Shown piece after piece: positions 60,890 through 64,000 of a stretch of 64,000 nt of DNA (position 1 is its first letter; each line of letters opens with the position of its first letter). The stretch is from an uncultured cyanobacterium (GTDB taxonomy: Bacteria > Cyanobacteriota > Cyanobacteriia > Phormidesmidales > Phormidesmidaceae). The stretch is from the NCBI GenBank assembly GCA_963793265.1, contig CAWBZI010000001.1:1600001-1664000 (forward strand). Direction: 5' to 3'. The notes below the pieces were generated by a model. It did not search any database, was not told where the DNA came from, and saw only the letters and a list, made by a program, of their open reading frames with translations. Both the position numbers and the translations under genes were made by a program.

Positions 60890-61240
60890 TTAAAGCGGAC
60901 GGAAGATGAATGGGTAGCGGAATGCTGTATCAGGCGCTGTGACGCTGCTGAGGATAGCAAAGATAGGCAAGGCAACTTGTACCACGCCAAGTAGTGCCAC
61001 TAAGGGCAGACCAATAATCAGCCAGGCTGGGATGATCAGCAGTACGCTATATAGCCACATATTGAAGTGAAAGTTGAGCGCTTCTTTAGCGTTCTCTTTG
61101 GTCACTTCGTCGTCGGAAAGAAGCATGATGGCTAAAGGGACGCCTGCTGAAAGTACAAGCTGGCTCACAAAAATAGAGCCGTGAGAGGCAACAGATAGTA
61201 GCTTGCGTTTGTCAGAATCGAAAGTGGTGGTGGTTTCCAT
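60890..61240 (-). CDS. DUF4870 family membrane protein
   Basis: AKEALNFH, FRYPFIFR. Confidence 0.85.
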   Translation of the reverse strand: METTTTFDSDKRKLLSVASHGSIFVSQLVLSAGVPLAIMLLSDDEVTKENAKEALNFHFNMWLYSVLLIIPAWLIIGLPLVALLGVVQVALPIFAILSSVTAPDTAFRYPFIFRPL

Positions 61241-61453
61241 AGGGTAAGTCCTCAAAAAGCTCTATTTTCGAGGCGGCTGGTAAAAGCCCTGCACTCGATA
61301 TATTTATATTAACGGTTCTACGCTACTGAGAAAATACGGTCGAATTTCGTAAATACCGTCAGCCGTTATCCGCCTCTACGCTTTGGTGTAAAACACTCGT
61401 GCGACCGTCGCGCTACCTTAGAATGACATCATTACTTTTTGAGGATAAATACG

Positions 61454-61849
61454 ATGCAAATGAAGCGATTAGGCCATGTAGCCGTTTGTGTAGAAGATGT
61501 TGCGAAGGCCGCTGAGTTTTATAAAAACTTGGGGATGAAGCTGGTTTGGCAAGATAGTGACTGGGCTTATCTGAAGGCGGGGAATGATGGCTTGGCGTTG
61601 ATGAGTCCTGACTATGATCAGGCTGGGCCGCATTTTGGGTTTGTGTTTAGCGATAGAGCTGAAATCGATACCGCCTATGAAAAGCTTAAAGCTGACGGCG
61701 TAAAAGTAGGCAAAATTCACGACCACCGCGACGGCACTGCTTCCTTCTATGGCCGCGATCCTTTTGGCAACTGGTTCGAGTACCTGTATGAGCCGGATGA
61801 CTTGTTTGAAGAGAAAGAAGTTGTTGCAGCAGCACAGCAAGCTTCATAG
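61454..61849 (+). CDS. VOC/glyoxalase family protein
   Basis: LGHVAVCV, HFGF, SFYGRDPFGNWFE. Confidence 0.88.
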   Translation: MQMKRLGHVAVCVEDVAKAAEFYKNLGMKLVWQDSDWAYLKAGNDGLALMSPDYDQAGPHFGFVFSDRAEIDTAYEKLKADGVKVGKIHDHRDGTASFYGRDPFGNWFEYLYEPDDLFEEKEVVAAAQQAS

Positions 61850-61915
61850 GGATTCAGATGTTGTTGATCTATATGCTCAAGCAGCGGGCGTTTTAATCCT
61901 CATCAGAAAAAGCAG

Positions 61916-62065
61916 ATGGGCCAAGCTCTTGCTATAGAAAAGTTGACGCTAATCGCTTTGGAGCAGCAGTTTGGCCTGAAGCGAACTAATGATATTGACT
62001 TTTCCTCTGAATGGCGAACTTCGCTGCTAGACCTTACAGAATATGAGACCGTCGCATTACGATAA
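61916..62065 (+). pseudogene. N-terminal remnant of a cyanobacterial HsdR-N-like ('restriction endonuclease subunit R') protein (not in ORF track)
   Basis: Own translation MGQALAIEKLTLIALEQQFGLKRTNDIDFSSEWRTSLLDLTEYETVALR*; resembles the TL..LE..FGL....FF.EW...LP.LT..E N-terminus of that family. Confidence 0.5.
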
Positions 62066-62073
62066 TTACAGTC

Positions 62074-62493
62074 TTAGTTTGATTGAGCGATCGCATTCAG
62101 GTAACCTTGCAACTGCTCACACCAACGCTGCGCAGTATCCGCAACTTGCCGACGTTCTAGCTCACTGCTCCATAGGTCTGACCAGCCTAGTTTCCATCGA
62201 CTGAGCTGTCGTTGAAGCGTTGAAAGTTCAGTTACAAACGTCATGTCTGTTTCCAGATTAATAGTAGGCACAGACCATTCAATAAAAAACTGACTTTCTC
62301 TAACGAGGTGGTGTGCTACCGATTCCTCTACTCCGCTCGCTGCCAAAGTTTGAATCCAACTTAGGTTTAGGCTCAAGCTGTCTATCTGAGATGAGCGGCT
62401 AGCTTGAAGGTATTGATTTTTTAGAATGTCCCAGTTCATTGCCATTTGATGCATTTTCTCTGGGGTTGCACGGCCATAGACAATTTGAATCAT
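62074..62493 (-). CDS. Conserved cyanobacterial hypothetical protein
   Basis: VRESQFFIEW, ELSTLQRQLSRW motifs; directly follows pcrA. Confidence 0.65.
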   Translation of the reverse strand: MIQIVYGRATPEKMHQMAMNWDILKNQYLQASRSSQIDSLSLNLSWIQTLAASGVEESVAHHLVRESQFFIEWSVPTINLETDMTFVTELSTLQRQLSRWKLGWSDLWSSELERRQVADTAQRWCEQLQGYLNAIAQSN

Positions 62494-62494
62494 G

Positions 62495-64000
62495 CTAGCC
62501 CAACCGATCTATCGTTGTTGTTCTCGGATCGATAATTTTCTTCCCAATGCCCGGAAAGTGAATGGCTAGACAAATTTTGTTGCCTGCTCCAAAAATATGA
62601 GTCACTTTGCCCTCACCAAAGGCTTTGTGGTTTACCGAAGCGCCCACGCTCCAGTCATCTTCGTGAGTGCCCGGTTTGTTTAAGTTAGGCTGTGGATTCT
62701 TCAGCTTGGCTTCGCGGGTGGTGGTGGCCCAGCGTTCGGGGAGGGCGCTAGGGACGGTGGCGACGATGTAGTCGCGAGGGAGTTCGCCTAAGAAGATAGA
62801 GGGGGTGGAGACTTCGCGCTGGTGGCCGTAAGTGCGGCGCTCGCGGGCGTGGGAGATGTAGAGCTTGTCTTGGGCGCGGGTGATGCCAACGTAGCAAAGG
62901 CGGCGTTCTTCTTCGATGGCGGCGGCGTCTTCGAGTGAGCGGAAGCTGGGGAATAGACCCTGCTCTAGGCCAACTAAGAAGACGACGGGATATTCCAGAC
63001 CCTTGGAAGCATGGAGGGTCATGAGGGTGACCTGATTGTTTTCGTCCTGGTCGCGATCGTTATCCGAATTCAGCGCAGCACTTGCTAAAAAAGTATTTAG
63101 CGTAGCGTCTTCATTCTCCTCTTCAAACTGAATGACCGCGCTATAAAGCTCTTGAATGTTCTCAACCCGAGTCAGGTCTTCTTCAGTGCCTTTGCTTTTA
63201 AGATCTTCTAGATAGCCTGTGTTCTCAAGCACCTCTTGAACAATTTCGGTGGGAGAGGCAGTTTCAGCGCGTTCTTGCCAACTGCTGACCATACGAGAGA
63301 AAGCGATCGCACTCTTACTCGCCCGCCCTGCCAACGTCTTCACCGACGTTTCATCCTTAATAATGTCCCAAAGCGGCACACCCAGCTCTGCGGCTGCCTT
63401 ATCCAAATTATCCAGAGTCGTTTTACCAATACCGCGCCTTGGCGTATTGATAATGCGCTTGAGGCTAACGCTATCTGACGGATTCACCGCCAGACGCAAG
63501 TAGGCGAGAATGTCTTTGATTTCACGGCGATCATAAAAACGCAGGCCACCGACGACCTTATATGGAATGCTATAGCGCGTCAGCACTTCCTCCATCGCCC
63601 GAGACTGCGCGTTCGTTCGGTAAAGAATGGCAAAGTCCTTCCAGTTCAGCTCGGGATTTTTCATCTCCAAAGCGCGAATTTGACCAACAACATACTCCGC
63701 TTCCATCGCCTCGTTATCAGCGCGATGACACATAATCGCATCCCCTTCACCTCGGGTTGCGCGCAGCACTTTATCAATGCGCTCAGTGTTGTTCTCAATG
63801 AGGTGATTGGCAACATCGAGAATGTTGGAAGTCGAACGATAGTTCTCTTCTAGTTTGACCAAAGTATTGGTGTCATCGTCGGTAAGGCCATCGCCAAACT
63901 CATCCTGGAATCCCATCAAGATGGTGAAATCAGCGGCGCGGAAAGAGTAGATACTTTGGTCTGCATCACCTACAACAAAAACAGAGCGATTGTTCCAATC
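62495..64000 (-). CDS. pcrA: PcrA/UvrD DNA helicase, C-terminal part (5' end outside window)
   Basis: VGDADQSIYSFR at window edge, LEENYRS, ILYRTNAQSR, TLHASKGLE, EEERRLCYVGITRA. Confidence 0.97.
   Translation of the reverse strand, partial: DWNNRSVFVVGDADQSIYSFRAADFTILMGFQDEFGDGLTDDDTNTLVKLEENYRSTSNILDVANHLIENNTERIDKVLRATRGEGDAIMCHRADNEAMEAEYVVGQIRALEMKNPELNWKDFAILYRTNAQSRAMEEVLTRYSIPYKVVGGLRFYDRREIKDILAYLRLAVNPSDSVSLKRIINTPRRGIGKTTLDNLDKAAAELGVPLWDIIKDETSVKTLAGRASKSAIAFSRMVSSWQERAETASPTEIVQEVLENTGYLEDLKSKGTEEDLTRVENIQELYSAVIQFEEENEDATLNTFLASAALNSDNDRDQDENNQVTLMTLHASKGLEYPVVFLVGLEQGLFPSFRSLEDAAAIEEERRLCYVGITRAQDKLYISHARERRTYGHQREVSTPSIFLGELPRDYIVATVPSALPERWATTTREAKLKNPQPNLNKPGTHEDDWSVGASVNHKAFGEGKVTHIFGAGNKICLAIHFPGIGKKIIDPRTTTIDRLG

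Overview
Chromosomal window from a cyanobacterium: psbA, apcD, petN, petF, pedR and CCB4 are present, and I counted about 70 HIP1 octamers (GCGATCGC) by eye. Most of it is housekeeping (hisS, purA, purF, purL, rplY, rsmB, clpP, rlmD, lpxD, coaX, dacB, lptC, rbgA, pgk, recQ, pcrA). Accessory content: a three-gene chaperone-usher-like pilus operon (pilin, PapD-like chaperone, atypical 1109-aa usher-like protein with a duplicated N-terminal module); three toxin-antitoxin loci, one partly decayed; a HicAB + nuclease-only Shedu-like islet bordered by a GTAG-type REP; an orphan Trypco1 gene; two tandem outer-membrane beta-barrel paralogues; and a HepA-like ABC exporter ending in a degenerate HisKA-like helix pair. 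Signals beyond the gene list: base composition flips across HIP1/CGATCG sites (G+T-rich 5', C+A-rich 3', including synonymous codon positions); an A9 run splits a phosphotransferase-AAA kinase fusion by a -1 frameshift; recQ apparently lacks a canonical start codon; and a promoter- and terminator-bounded ~370-nt candidate sRNA lies between lpxD and coaX. I found no rRNA, tRNA, CRISPR array or intact IS element. All product calls come from motif recognition by eye, not database searches.
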